A DNA stretch of 64,000 bases from Gracilinanus agilis. Lineage: Eukaryota. A program made the translations under genes and the position numbers. The DNA lies in NCBI RefSeq assembly GCF_016433145.1, contig NC_058131.1, forward strand, positions 653,406,628 to 653,470,627. The letters run 5' to 3'. The notes under the pieces were generated by a model. That model was given only the letters and a program-made list of their open reading frames with translations, ran no database searches and had not been told where the DNA came from. Within the stretch, counting starts at the first letter, position 1; every line of letters begins with the position of its first letter. Positions 1 to 11,904 of this stretch are shown in pieces.

Positions 1-78
1 ATGAGATGAGATGAGATGAGATGAGATGAGATGAGATGAGATGAGATGAGATGAGATGAGATGAGATGAGATGAGATG
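1..78. repeat. (ATGAG)n pentanucleotide microsatellite, runs off the window start
   Basis: 15 perfect ATGAG units plus ATG. Confidence 0.99.
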
Positions 79-611
79 GGGAAAGGGATAAGGTATGGAG
101 ACAGAGTTAGGGATAGGAAGGGGGAGTATAGAAATAAGAAACTATGATCTGCTAGAGGATTTTCAAAATTTGAGATTTTGGTTGTAAAATAAATTTTAAA
201 AATTGGGGCAATAGTGAGATAGAATGTGTGACCATTCTTGTAGGTGGTTAAGGTAGAATAAAGAATAGGGGCAATGAGAATTTAAGTTTGTTGAAATGGG
301 AAGAATAACCTTCAAAGTCACATAGATGCTTCCTAGATCTGGACATGAAAGAGTCCCCAGGACTACATGAAGCACAGTAACAATGGAAGTCTAGAAAATA
401 TCCATCACCTTAGAAGGCCTTTTGCAGAGGCAAACTCTCCAGCCCACAAGTTGCATGCTATCTATCTAAAATAGAGTCCAAAATCTGAGCAAAACCTTTC
501 TCTGCAGCACATCCCAAGAGAAGTTGTCAATAAGTATCAAAGTGATTTCTTCCCATGGCTTTTTCCCAGAATACCCCAGTCACTGTCAGGCTATCCCCAT
601 TTCAGGGATTC

Positions 612-793
612 TTTTTCAAAAACCCTTAGCTTCTGTCTTAGAATCAATACTTCGTATTGATTCTAAGGCAGAAGAGTGAAGCATTGGAGGTTAAGTGTCT
701 TGTCCAGGGTCACATAGCTAGGAAGAATATGAGGTCAAATTTGAACCCAGGACCTCCCATTTCTAGATCTGGCTCTCAATCCACTTAACTATC
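612..793 (-). mobile_element. SINE1_Mdo-like opossum SINE, cut by the assembly gap
   Basis: Reverse-strand tail (aaacccttagcttctgtcttagaatcaatac...), CORE (cagggtcacatagctaggaag) and head (gaacccaggacctccc...ggctctcaatccact). Confidence 0.88.
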
Positions 794-1014
794 NNNNNNN
801 NNNNNNNNNNNNNNNNNNNNNNNNNNNNNNNNNNNNNNNNNNNNNNNNNNNNNNNNNNNNNNNNNNNNNNNNNNNNNNNNNNNNNNNNNNNNNNNNNNNN
901 NNNNNNNNNNNNNNNNNNNNNNNNNNNNNNNNNNNNNNNNNNNNNNNNNNNNNNNNNNNNNNNNNNNNNNNNNNNNNNNNNNNNNNNNNNNNNNNNNNNN
1001 NNNNNNNNNNNNNN
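794..1014. other. Assembly gap (221 N)
   Basis: Run of N. Confidence 1.
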
Positions 1015-1624
1015 GGTGAGAGGGAGGGAGGAATACTGTACAATCATGTAAATGTAATAGATCCAAGCATAGGGAGCTCCCTGCTAATTTTGCCCATTGC
1101 TCAGAGTGACAACTAAATAATAAGAGGTTTGGATAATGTGGGCACTCATTAGTTGCCTCATGGCACCAGACCCTGGCTTGTTGCTTTGCCTCTGCCTGAG
1201 GACCTGTCCAAATCAATGATATCACAGGCTGTATTGATGGAGAATTTTAATAGTGAATGTCTTCTTTCTTAAAAGAGAAAATGAGCATTAAGGCTGAGCA
1301 ATAAAGACAAATGCAATCCGTAGTTCTGAGCATTATAGACTAATTCTTTTTAATAGTAGAAGGATCTCAGTGAGATAAGATTCGAGAGACTATTTATATC
1401 TATCTACAATTCAGGGCTCTCAGCCCTAACTTTAAGATGTGGACCCAAAATGCAGCATGTGTTTGAAGCTAGAGTTTATTTTAAGAATCAGATGGTGCAC
1501 AGAGTAATTCTAAATGAAGCCCAAGAAATGCAGATAAACCCCTCTCTGTTGGAGAGTTCTTCACTTGTCCTGCAAAAGGGCAAGAAGATCCATTTCTGAA
1601 TAAAGATAGCATATAACACTCTAA

Positions 1625-1798
1625 GATTTTCAAAGTCCTTACAAATCTCACTTGATTTTACAACAATCCTGGGAGCTAAGTACTTTCGTCAACTCATTTT
1701 ACCCAATGAGAGACCTGAGGGAAATAGTAATGAAGTGACTTGCCCAGATGGTAAGTATTGAAGGAAGGATTTGAATGCAGGTCTTCATGACTCCAAGA
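1625..1798 (-). mobile_element. MIR-type CORE-SINE remnant
   Basis: ttttacaacaatcctggg...cattttacccaatgag...aagtgacttgccca...atttgaatgcaggtcttcatgactcc matches the reverse MIR core. Confidence 0.7.
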
Positions 1799-3546
1799 AG
1801 ACTTATCCCTCATGATCTAAGTGTGCCAGTGTGGCTGGCTAGTTGAATATTCTTGTCTGGGGTCAATAAGATGTGCTGTTTCACTTTTTTTGTTGTTTTT
1901 ATATTTTGGAAGAACATCTGTTAGTAAAAGATGTAGGTTTTGGAAAAACTTACGGGTACCAATAATAACATCCTGCTTCCTGGACTTATTTATGCTTAAT
2001 TGGAATAGGAATGCTATTAAATTTTATTCACAGGCAAGCATCCCCTGCCTTCGCACTAGGTTTTTACCAACATACTGTAACTACGGGAATCAGAGCACAG
2101 ATGTAAAGTATCAACTTCTAGTTAATGACCAAAACCTGCATTTTTGTCTCATGTGGGTAAATTTTATACTATTTTTTTTAATTTTCAGATGAAATCCTTA
2201 AGGATGCCTACAAAGTCATTACTTCTGCTCATTGCATCAGAGTGTTCCTTGTGAGTTACTTCTAAAAAAGTAGGCACAGTAGGAAAAGATGGCTCCTCCA
2301 AGATAAATCATGAATCTAAGCCCAAGACACATAGCCTTTCCAAAGGTTTATGACCAAAGCTATGAGAAAGTATCTGGCTCAAGTGCTGCTTCAATAGACA
2401 AACTTGGATTGATTGTGTTGAATAATAGTAATCTTGTTGAATAGGTGATAAAACATGCTTTCTTCCTCTAAGTAAAAGGGAAGGGTAACCATGGGTACAA
2501 AACATCCCATTCACCATCCATCACACTCATTTCATCCATTGGTTTTGCTTAACTGTTTTTCTTGGTTCAATGGATGAGAGGTAGAGTAGTTCAAGAATTG
2601 ACAGTAATGTGAAAAAAATCAAATACATCAATAATTTTTAAAATGTTTTCCCCAAACACAGCTATGACCTTGGCACTACTTAAAATCTTGAGTCTGTATA
2701 ACCCTTACATCAGAGTCTCTCTCTCAACAAAAAGGGCTAAGTACACTTTGGGAACCTCTTGTTCATCTGGCTTATTGCCCCTGCTTAAATGGAACCTCAG
2801 CACTTCAGTATCTGGCTCTCTCCAAGGATAACTAGCAGTTCCTTTTATAAAGCACTCAGACTCATGAGGTTTTAAAATACAGAATGGTTTTATTTACATA
2901 GTAAAGAACACAGAAGGACTTTCCTTTCAAGCTCATAATTGATTCTTATACTCTGCTCCTCAATGTTGTATTGGAGATTGACATCTCATGGCTTCTCCCC
3001 ACTATTACACTGCCTCTCTCTGCTGTTCCTAGAAGGTATCAAGGGTCCTGCCCACTACTATTGCTGTCTTCTGGCAGATGATGCTACTTTTCATTAAAAA
3101 AAAACAACAACTGGACAATGTAATAATTATATTGGGTCCTCGGCTAATAGTAGTATAGCTCTTTCCTGCCTCTCATGGCATCAAGTGACTCTAAGCCATT
3201 TAAAATAATCCTATATTTTACGCTTGGTCCCATGCCCATATCCATATCTTGTACAAACTATTTCTTCCAGTGGTTGTTGAAATGTTTCTTTCTTTGATCA
3301 TTCAAAGTACTATCTGTTTCTTCCTCGAATTTTTCTGATGGCAAGATCTTAATTATTTATTTCTCTCTCTTCCACATCTAGGTAGTGTTGCATCTTCTCA
3401 GACCAGAACCTTTTTTTGAGTCTGTTAGGAATTCAGGGAGACATTCCTTCTCTCTCTTCCTTTCATGTCTTCCTGTTCTGTGTTATACTAATCATTTCAA
3501 TCTGTTTCCTGATCTCTGAGAAAGAGCCAGTAGTGTCTAGCAGCAA

Positions 3547-3658
3547 TGACTTAAAGAGGAGAGGGGCATTTCTTTGCTATACATGTAGGACTGTAATACT
3601 TGTGACTTAAAGAAGAGAGGGGCATTTCCTTGCTATACATATAGGACTTTAGTACTTA
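3547..3658. repeat. 56-bp tandem duplication (2 copies)
   Basis: Copies at 3547-3602 and 3603-3658 differ at 6 of 56 positions. Confidence 0.95.
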
Positions 3659-4159
3659 GCTCACCAAAATCTCTGATCATAGCTTCCTATTACCTAAACT
3701 CATACTAATTGGACCCCAAATTCCACAACTGAAACAATATAGACACTCACCATCCTTGACGGCTGATTCCCTTTAGAGCAAAGGTCATTATTCACACATC
3801 TATAATAGATAGAGAGTAAGACTTATTAGAATTAGAGGTTTGGGGTTAAACTCCCAATTCAAGGGATCTTTTTTTTAATCTAAAAAGTGAGACTTGGACC
3901 AAATGACTGCTATGGTCTCATCCAGCTCTAAATCTTTTTTTCTTAAATTATAGATGTCTTATTTTTATATCACATTCATTTTGAAATATATCCTTCCTAC
4001 TTCCCTATCTATTGAGTCATTTCTGATAACAAGGAATAAAAAAGAAAATAAAGCAGTTCAGCAAAACCAACCATCCTATCAACCAACACAAAGAGCAATC
4101 ATATTATCCCACACTCATAATCACCCACACCTACAAAAACAGTATTTAAATCAATGACC

Positions 4160-4442
4160 CTCTTAGAATTCCTTTCTTCCTTCAAGGCTCAGTTCAAGTG
4201 CCAACTACTACTATAGACAAGACCTGTCCTGGTTGCTCTAGATATTAGCACCTCCCCCATCCCATGAAATTGTTCTGTATTTAATTTGTACATATTGCGT
4301 GTGTGCCTGTTGTTTTTGTCCCCAATAAAAAGTAAAGTCTTTGAATACAGAGACTATGTTGTTTTCCTCTGTGTATCCCCAACAGCTAGAACAGTACCTG
4401 GAACATAGCAATTCCTTAATAAATGCTTGGATTAGATGAATG
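4160..4442 (+). mobile_element. L2 LINE 3' end remnant
   Basis: ttccttcaaggctcagttcaagtgcc...agaacagtacctggaacatagcaattccttaataaatgcttgg is a typical L2 terminus. Confidence 0.75.
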
Positions 4443-5323
4443 GTCCCTTGATCTATCTTCCACATCTATGGGAATTGAATGACTCACAACTCTAAGGGCC
4501 ACTGTGTTTCATTTCTGATTCAACTGAGTCAATCTTTTCTGAGCAAAAATAGAGTCCAGATGTCCCAGTTTTAGTCTACCCAATGAAAGTTTTTTTTCTT
4601 TCTTAGACATGTAGCATTGACCCCAAAGCACATTACAATATAATTACTCACATACTAACTTGTCCATGTGTTGCCTGCATGAAGCTAGACAGAGCAAAGA
4701 CTGAACAGTAATTTGAATGCAGTCCTGCCCGGAGGCAGAGGGAAGGTCTTCTTTGAGGCAAGCTCTCAAAGCTTCTTCTGGCTTCAGTTCTGGGATGATT
4801 CCTATTATTGCAGAGCTTGTGCACTTGTTAGAACTCTCATCCACATCTGGAACTTCAATGAGGTACTAATTCACTATCATGTAAATCCCAGAAAAGCAGG
4901 ATACAGTTAAGAAAGGTCAATTCAAATGATCATGAAATTACTATTATCAAAAATTACCAAATTAGAAATTAAAAGAACCCAAATGGAAAACTGGCAAAGG
5001 AATTCTATTCTATTCTATAAGCATTTATTGAGCACTTGCTACAGATTGATGATAAATCCTAATTATGGTAGGTACTGGGGATACAAAGGCAAAATAATCA
5101 TAAAATCATATCATTGCTACTTTCAAAGAAGTATATTCAATTTATTACATTTATTTTAACATATATACTTACATATATTATACACATATATGCATGCATT
5201 CTACATTATATCCACATATAAATAGATTCTATATTAAATGTTTATGGTCTATTCGGGAATACAACATGTATACAGATAAAAAATACAAAGCAATTTTAGC
5301 CAGAAAAGGGTGCTAACAACTGG

Positions 5324-5552
5324 CTGCTGTTAATTCATTTTCAATTTTGTCTAAATTTTTCATGACCTGGGATTTTCTTGGCAAAGATACTCAAGTGGTT
5401 TGCCATTTCCTTCTCCAGTTCATCTTACAGATTAGGAAACTGAGGCAAACAGGGTTAAGTGACTTGTCCAGAGTCCCACAGCTAGTAAATATCTGATGCC
5501 AATTTGAGCTCAGGTCTTCCTAATTCTAGCCCTGGTACTTTATCCACTGCCT
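5324..5552 (-). mobile_element. MAR1-type marsupial SINE
   Basis: ttttcttggcaaagatact...tttgccatttccttctccag...gaaactgaggcaaacagggttaagtgacttg, i.e. MAR1 tail plus CORE. Confidence 0.88.
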
Positions 5553-5954
5553 CTGCTAATGAAAGGGGATATCATGAAAAGTCACATCTGGCAACTGGAC
5601 TTACATGAAAGAGTTAAAGATTCCAAGATTTGGAAGTGAAGGAAAGCTTTCCAAGCATGGAGGAACACCATTTGTATAAAGGCACTATGATTGCAGATGG
5701 AATGGTACATATTTGGAATTACTAGTAGATCAGGATGGAAAGGATGAGGCCAGGAGTGAAAGGATGGAAAAGGAAATAAGATGGAAAAGTAGAAACCAGC
5801 TATGTTGTAGAAGGCGAGAAATGCCAGTTTGAAGATTTTGTATTTTGCCCTAAGTAAAAGAGAGCCATTGAAGATTTTTTTAAGCAGGGTGTGGGACTGC
5901 CATTCTCACCGTGTACACGGAGTCACCTCTTTTGTTTTTATTTTAGAATGAGAT

Positions 5955-6545
5955 ATTACAAGGATGGGTTGGGTATTCAGTTAGTTCATCAGTATGTGGT
6001 CCCTAATCTGGCATAGCATATGGGAAATGAGATTGGCTTAGAACTGAACAGAATGATAACAGCAAATTATCTTGCATTTGGGAAAATTTCTAGCCCTCTT
6101 CTTGATCCCAAATTGTTCCGTGACACAAGTATACTGTTTTGGACTTTCATATTACCCGTAATGCTTTGTGATCGAAAATCACTGGATTATCACGCTCTCC
6201 CCAAAAATGAAAATTTCAGGTAATCCAAAGGGCAATGAAGAGATGCATGATAAGCATAAGCAGACTGAAATATATTGTTGTTGATGACACATGCGTGATA
6301 AGTAGCAGAAAAGTATCATGCAGGAAGTTCAGATTCAGAAAGGGGGAGTCATGCTGTTCATGAAGCAAGAGCAAAGGATAGTGTGACAGGCAGGGGTCAT
6401 ACGGGAACCCCCAGAATGTTAAAAAAAAGGAAGGAAAGTCACAAGCACACCAGGCAGCTACGTTTGGAGGACTTATGGGAAGAAAAGATGAGAATCGCCA
6501 TGGCTAAGAAGGTGTGGGTATGGTTGCATAAGGGAGGTCAGGGAA
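5955..6545 (+). mobile_element. Decayed RTE-clade LINE (end of RT domain and 3' end)
   Basis: Remnant peptides IQLVHQYV and MGNEIGLELNR...LAFGK...LDPKL...ILPVML resemble the RTE ORF. The 3' part tggaggacttatgggaaga...gaaggtgtgggtatggttgc resembles the RTE tail. Frameshifted. Confidence 0.75.
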
Positions 6546-7274
6546 CTACTGAAGAATTTAATCCCACAGTTCCAGATCCACTCTCGTGAGTGATTATAGG
6601 AATAGTTTGGGGATTCTTCTTCCTATTTCTGAAAAAGAAAAAATATTCATTCTGATATTGGATTTATATCCTTCTCTTCCTCTCTTCTCTGAGACCAAAC
6701 CTGAGATAATAGTTATTTGCCAAGTCAAAGAGAGAAAAAATAGATAGGAAAACTCAGGCTACCGCAGATTCCGTGAGCCCCTTCTGAGGACTGAGTGGTA
6801 GTCCCTGCTGCCATTGGAGGGAAGGTATCTATGGAGACCTGGATGGCTCATGCCCTTTACAATACGGCTTAGCATGCTGGGCTCTGAAATCAATAGCCAG
6901 CCAAACCTAGGACAGCTAGACACACAGGTTGTTTTTATGTTGTCATTGTTCTTTGTTTTTTTTTTTTCCTGTTAGAGTGTGGGTTTTTAATCATTCTTAG
7001 CAAAAGGAAATATATGAACACACATATACTGATATATGTATATAGTACAAATATATATTGGATTTGTGTGGCTATACTATGTAGTATAGATACTACAAAT
7101 ATTTACATATGTATACATTTTTGTAAAAATATGTCATTTATATGTAAACATTCAAATTTGAGATATCTTGAACTGGATGTCCTGTAGATATTTTAAACTT
7201 GACATGTCTAATGCCGAACTCATAATCCCTGCCCACCCCAAAAAACATTTCCCTCTTTCTAATTTCTCTGTAAC

Positions 7275-7473
7275 TTTTTTTAAAACCCTTACCTTGTCTT
7301 TGAAACAATACTATGTCCTGGTTCTAAGGCAGAAGAGTGCTAAGGGTTAGGAAATGGGGATTAAATGATTTGACTAAGGTCATACAACTAAAAAAGTGTC
7401 TGGGACTAGATTCGAACCCAGGACCTTCTATCTCCAGGCCTGACTCTCTATCCAGTGAGCCACATAGTTTCCC
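7275..7473 (-). mobile_element. SINE1_Mdo-like SINE, first of an adjacent pair
   Basis: aaaacccttacc...aaggcagaagagtg...gaacccaggacc...tatccagtgagccac. Confidence 0.85.
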
Positions 7474-7483
7474 TCTCTTATTA

Positions 7484-7665
7484 TTTTTTTAAACCCTCAC
7501 CTTCTGTCTTGGAGTCGAAGGCAGAAGAGTGGTAATGGCTAGGCAATGGGGCTTAAGTGACTTGCCCAGGGTCACACAGCTAGGAAGTGTCTGAGGCCAG
7601 ATTTGAACCCAGGACCTCCTGTCTCTAGATCTGGCTCTCAATCCACTGAGCAACCCAGCTGCCCC
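7484..7665 (-). mobile_element. SINE1_Mdo-like SINE, second of an adjacent pair
   Basis: aaaccctcaccttctgtcttgg...gacttgcccagggtcacacagctaggaagtgtctgaggcc...caatccactgagcaacccagctgcccc. Confidence 0.92.
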
Positions 7666-7679
7666 TTCCCATTATTATT

Positions 7680-8710
7680 GAAGGTCTCACCATTCTTCTA
7701 ATCATCCAGGCTCTCAACCTAAGTGTCATTCTCAAGACCTCAATCTCTCTCATCCACCCCCCTATCCCCAATAGTAAATCTGTTACTAAGACCTGTCCAT
7801 TTGTCTTCCAATTATAACTCTAATGTAGCCTTCCTTCTCTCCTCTGACACTACCTTCACCCCAGCCTAGTCCCTCATGATCTTATGTGTGGAGTATTGCA
7901 ATAAAATATTGGTTGACTTTTCTGCCACAGGTCTGTCCTCCTTCAATCCATTATGCATTTGCCTGCCAAAATGATCTTCTTTAAACAAAGATATGAACAT
8001 ATTGTCTTCCCTAATCAATAAACTCCACTGGTTGCCTATCACCTCCAGGATACAATATATAAAATCTTCTCTTTGGCACTTAAATCTCTTTATAACTTGT
8101 TGTTCAGTTGTGTCTCTATTTGGGGTTTTCTTGACAAAGACACTGGAGTGATTTGCCATTTTTTTCTCCATCTCACTTGACAGATGAGGAAATTAGGCAA
8201 ACAGGCTTAAGTGACTTGTCCAGGGTCACACAGCTATTAAGTATCTGAGGCCAGATTTGAATTCAGGAAAATGAGTCTTCCTGGCTCTTGGGCTGGCACT
8301 CTATCCACTGTGTCACCTAGCTGCCCCACCCCACATTTTCTGGTCTTCTTACACCATATACCTTTCTGGAATCCGACTGGCTTCCTTGCTGCTCCTGGAA
8401 CAAAACATTCCATCTCCCAAGTCCAGGGATTTTCACTGGGTGTCCCCAAAGCCTGGAGTGTTTTTCCTCTTCATCTCTGCCTCTTGACTTCTCTGGCTTC
8501 CTTCAAGCCTCAAGATTCATTTTCTAGAAAGTCTTTCCTGATCCCCCTTAATTCTAGAGCCTTCCTTCTGTTGGTTCATTCCAATGACTGTATGTAGGAT
8601 AGTCCTATTTTTTTTTGTACATTGTTGTTTACATGTTGCATCCACTATTAGACTGTGGCCTTCTTGAAAGAAGGACTGTCCGGCCTTTTTTATATTGCCA
8701 ACTCTTCACA
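7680..8710 (+). mobile_element. L2 LINE fragment interrupted by a MAR1 SINE
   Basis: L2-like tccaggctctcaacctaagtgtcattct...aaactccactggttgcct...ttccttcaagcctca..., with a MAR1 at 8097-8327 splitting it. Confidence 0.75.
8097..8327 (-). mobile_element. MAR1-type SINE nested in L2
   Basis: ttgttgttcagt...ggggttttcttgacaaagacactggagtg...aggaaaatgagtcttcctgg...cacctagctgcccc. Confidence 0.92.
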
Positions 8711-10884
8711 CATATGTACATATATCTTTTTGTCAAAATATGCCTTCTCTAATGGTGGTTGGGGAAGGAGGGAGGATATTAACTGGAAAATAGTAAGTGC
8801 TTAAAAAATGTTTGTTGACTAGTTGATTGTTGTAACTTTCTTTTTTGTATATGTATGTATGTATGTATGGTGTTATCTGTTTCACTATTGATTTCTTTTG
8901 AGAAAAAAAATCCATCCTTCCTGTCAAATGACAAAGAACAAAAAAGGAGCCTCTGTCAATTGAAATGTATTATTATAAATAATCTATATAGGGAACAGCA
9001 GTTTTTCTCCTCTAGGGCCAGAAGAAGCCACCTCATGATTTAATTTTTAGAAAAATGAGAAAAATGAAAATTAACTAAAAAGAGTAAATTAGGTTACAAA
9101 GAGATGACTTGGCCTAAAATTATGTACCTAAAGATCACCCCACAATGCAAAGTGAAGGTCAGCTGTCAATTATTTATAGATCTCAATGAGTGGCAGAGAA
9201 GGAGAAGTTCCCTAATGGTAATCAGTGTCTTTGTTGCTGGTCAAAGGGAAGTGAAAATAGTTAAAAATAAGGAAGAAGCCATGAGCACCATCTTTAACTA
9301 ACTTACAACACTGACACAAATGAATGCTCCCTCCACACTCAACAAAAGATGTCCCCTTTTGTTGTTGTTGAAATGACTTTTGCCTTGACTGAGAAAATAA
9401 ATAAAACATGACTTTTAAGACCAACTGTAGAGTAGAAAAAAATATTTAACAGCACCCACTAAGTTCACACGTTGTACATGAAGTTATATTCAATTCTAGG
9501 TTCTTCCCAGAAGAGCAATGAATTCCAGGAAAAATATACAAAAACTCACCACCAGAAACATTCATTGGAGAAAGGTCTAAGGTTTGTGGATGGCTGCCAT
9601 TCTCTGAGGCTAAGCTTTCACTAACAAGATGGAACAGATGCCTGAAAAGCAATTGCTCACTTTGACCTTTAATATGTGAAACTCTGACTTGGATGTAGAG
9701 AAGACCAAGATGTCCTAGCAGTTCCAAAGGATGCTTTCAATTTGGTAAAAGTAGAAGAGATGGCTTTGTATATTTGCTTGGAGAAAGCAATGGAAAAAAC
9801 CCCAACAACTTCAAGAATCAAGTTCCATTTCGGGTTCTGGCCCAAACTAGCTAGGTGAAAAGAGGGAAATCATTCCACCTCCTTATATATGAGTTCCCAC
9901 ATTTGTAAATGGAGGTAGGAGTAGAAAATAGAATGGGGATCTTCCATTCACAGGGATGCTATAAGCATTAAATATGATGCTAAAAGAAAGGGCTTTAAAA
10001 ATGCCTTCGCTAGTACTTGAGCCTGGAGCAGCAGACTGGGGTGTTTCATGTGTGAATGCAGTATAGCCCCTTCCAAATGAGCACGTCTGGGAATCAGGAT
10101 AAAGGAGTACCTGAGTATGGTTTGGCTCAGAATACATGCTCTGTCCAGGCTGCACTTAGGGCCCCTGGCTCTGTAGCCGGAAGATGGTCCTTAGTCTTCC
10201 CAATTGCTAAACACCACTTAAAATGGTAATAAATATCCCCCACCTCAAGCCACCTAATCTGGAGGATTCATCTAGGTCCTTGGCTCTCCTTCACCCTTGC
10301 AGGCTCCTTTGCTCACATCCCTCTGAATCTTGGTGCCATTGTGGTTTGGCCACCCCCCAGCTACTTCCTTGAGGCTGTGCTCACAGAGCCACTGGATTGA
10401 CCATTTTTTTTTTACTCAAACATCAGTCTCCTTTGGCCAGAAACAGAGCAGAAATGACCTGATTCCAGCCCACTAAATGCCCCTTCTTTTTCTTTCTTTT
10501 TTTGGCTTCATTGACCTCAAAGCACATGAGAGTCAATGAGTCATATACTGACTGCCTTGGGCTGGTCCTTTTATCATTTGCATTTCTAGGGAGAAGCAAA
10601 GCAAAAACTGAACCTATGTTTTTAATATAGTCTTGGGGGTTCTTGTTATTTTCTCCTTTGGCACATAGGAGCTATGGACCCCTTTCAAAAATAATGTTTT
10701 CAAGTTTATGAAATTGTTAGGAGTTCAAAGAAAAATAGATAAATTTTTATATATTTTAAAAGTTATATTTAATTTTTTTAATTTTATTGTTGATTTTTAG
10801 AAGATCATAGATCCCAGGTTTAAGGACTTCTGGATATACTCCCATATCTTCTTCTGATTTATAGTTCTAAATCATGTTACTTCA

Positions 10885-11540
10885 GTAATTTAAGTCAAGA
10901 GTCCTGGGTTGAAATCCCAGTTCTGATATTCACTAGCTATATGACTGTGGGTAAATCACTTAAGCTCTCTGAGCCCCAGTTTCTTCTACTATAAAATGGG
11001 CATGATAATCCTTGCAGTATCTACTTCATAGGGTTGGAGAATCAAATAAATCAATCAGCAGGTATGTATTAAGGACCTACAATGGGTCAGACACTGTGCT
11101 AGGCTCTGGGAACATAAACACAAAGAATGAGGTGATCTCTGTTCACAAAGAGATTACATTGTATTGGGTTGGTGTGAAAAAGTACATATAAAATATTTAT
11201 AATATACAATTAATAAGACAAAAAGGTATACAAAGTATTTAAATGCAAGGCAGGTTGGGAGGGAGAGCCCTAGAAGCTCTGATCTGGAGAGGCTTTATGC
11301 AAAAGATGGTACATCCACAGAATTTAAAGGAAGAGAGGAATTCTGGTAAGCTGAGCTAAGGAGAGAGTGCATTCCAAATACGTTGAACTGTGAGTGCAAA
11401 GTCACGATGAGATGGGAGATATAGATTTATGTATGAGGAACAGCGAGAAGGCAGATATGACTGGATTGTTGTTGTGGGAAGGGGATGAGGCTAGAAAGAT
11501 AGGTTTGTTCATGTTGGAAGATTTTAAGAGTCCAGCAATT
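10885..11540. mobile_element. MIR (+) followed by an antisense L2 fragment
   Basis: MIR head and core at about 10885-11050. Reverse L2 terminus (aatcaatcagcaggtatgtattaaggacctac...agacactgtgctaggc) from about 11050. Confidence 0.65.
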
Positions 11541-11554
11541 TCCGGTATGAAATT

Positions 11555-11904
11555 TGAGTCATTTTCTCAGTCATGGCCAACTCTTCAAGACCCCATTTGG
11601 GGTTTTCTTGGCAAAAATACTTTAGGAATTTGCCATTTTCTTCTCTGTCTCATTTTACAGATGAGAAAAGTGAAGCCTAGTTAAGTGACTTGTCCAAGGT
11701 CATACATCTAGTAAGTTTCTGGGGCTGGATTTGAATTCAGGAAGATGAATCTCCCTGACTCTGGTGGGATCCATATTTCTCTCTTAGAGTTCTGGAGTGG
11801 GGGGAAACCGTGGAATTCTGTGATGCAGCTTGAACCCCTCTCAGAAATATGGATCCCACATTCCAAACCCAATGCTCTTTCTACTATGCCACCTAGTTGC
11901 CCCC
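11555..11904 (-). mobile_element. MAR1-type SINE carrying a ~98-bp foreign insert
   Basis: MAR1 tail, CORE and head are continuous except for extra sequence between ccctgactc (ends 11761) and (a)ttccaaacccaatgc (starts 11860). Confidence 0.9.
11764..11859. mobile_element. Unidentified 96-bp MITE-like element with perfect 17-bp terminal inverted repeats
   Basis: GTGGGATCCATATTTCT (11764-11780) is the exact reverse complement of AGAAATATGGATCCCAC (11843-11859). The inverted repeat is certain; the transposon interpretation is not. Confidence 0.55.

Noticed and set aside
763-1225. Long ORFs spanning N runs (also 21471-21927, 32992-33241, 36853-37312)
   Set aside because: Artefacts: N codons are not read as stops.
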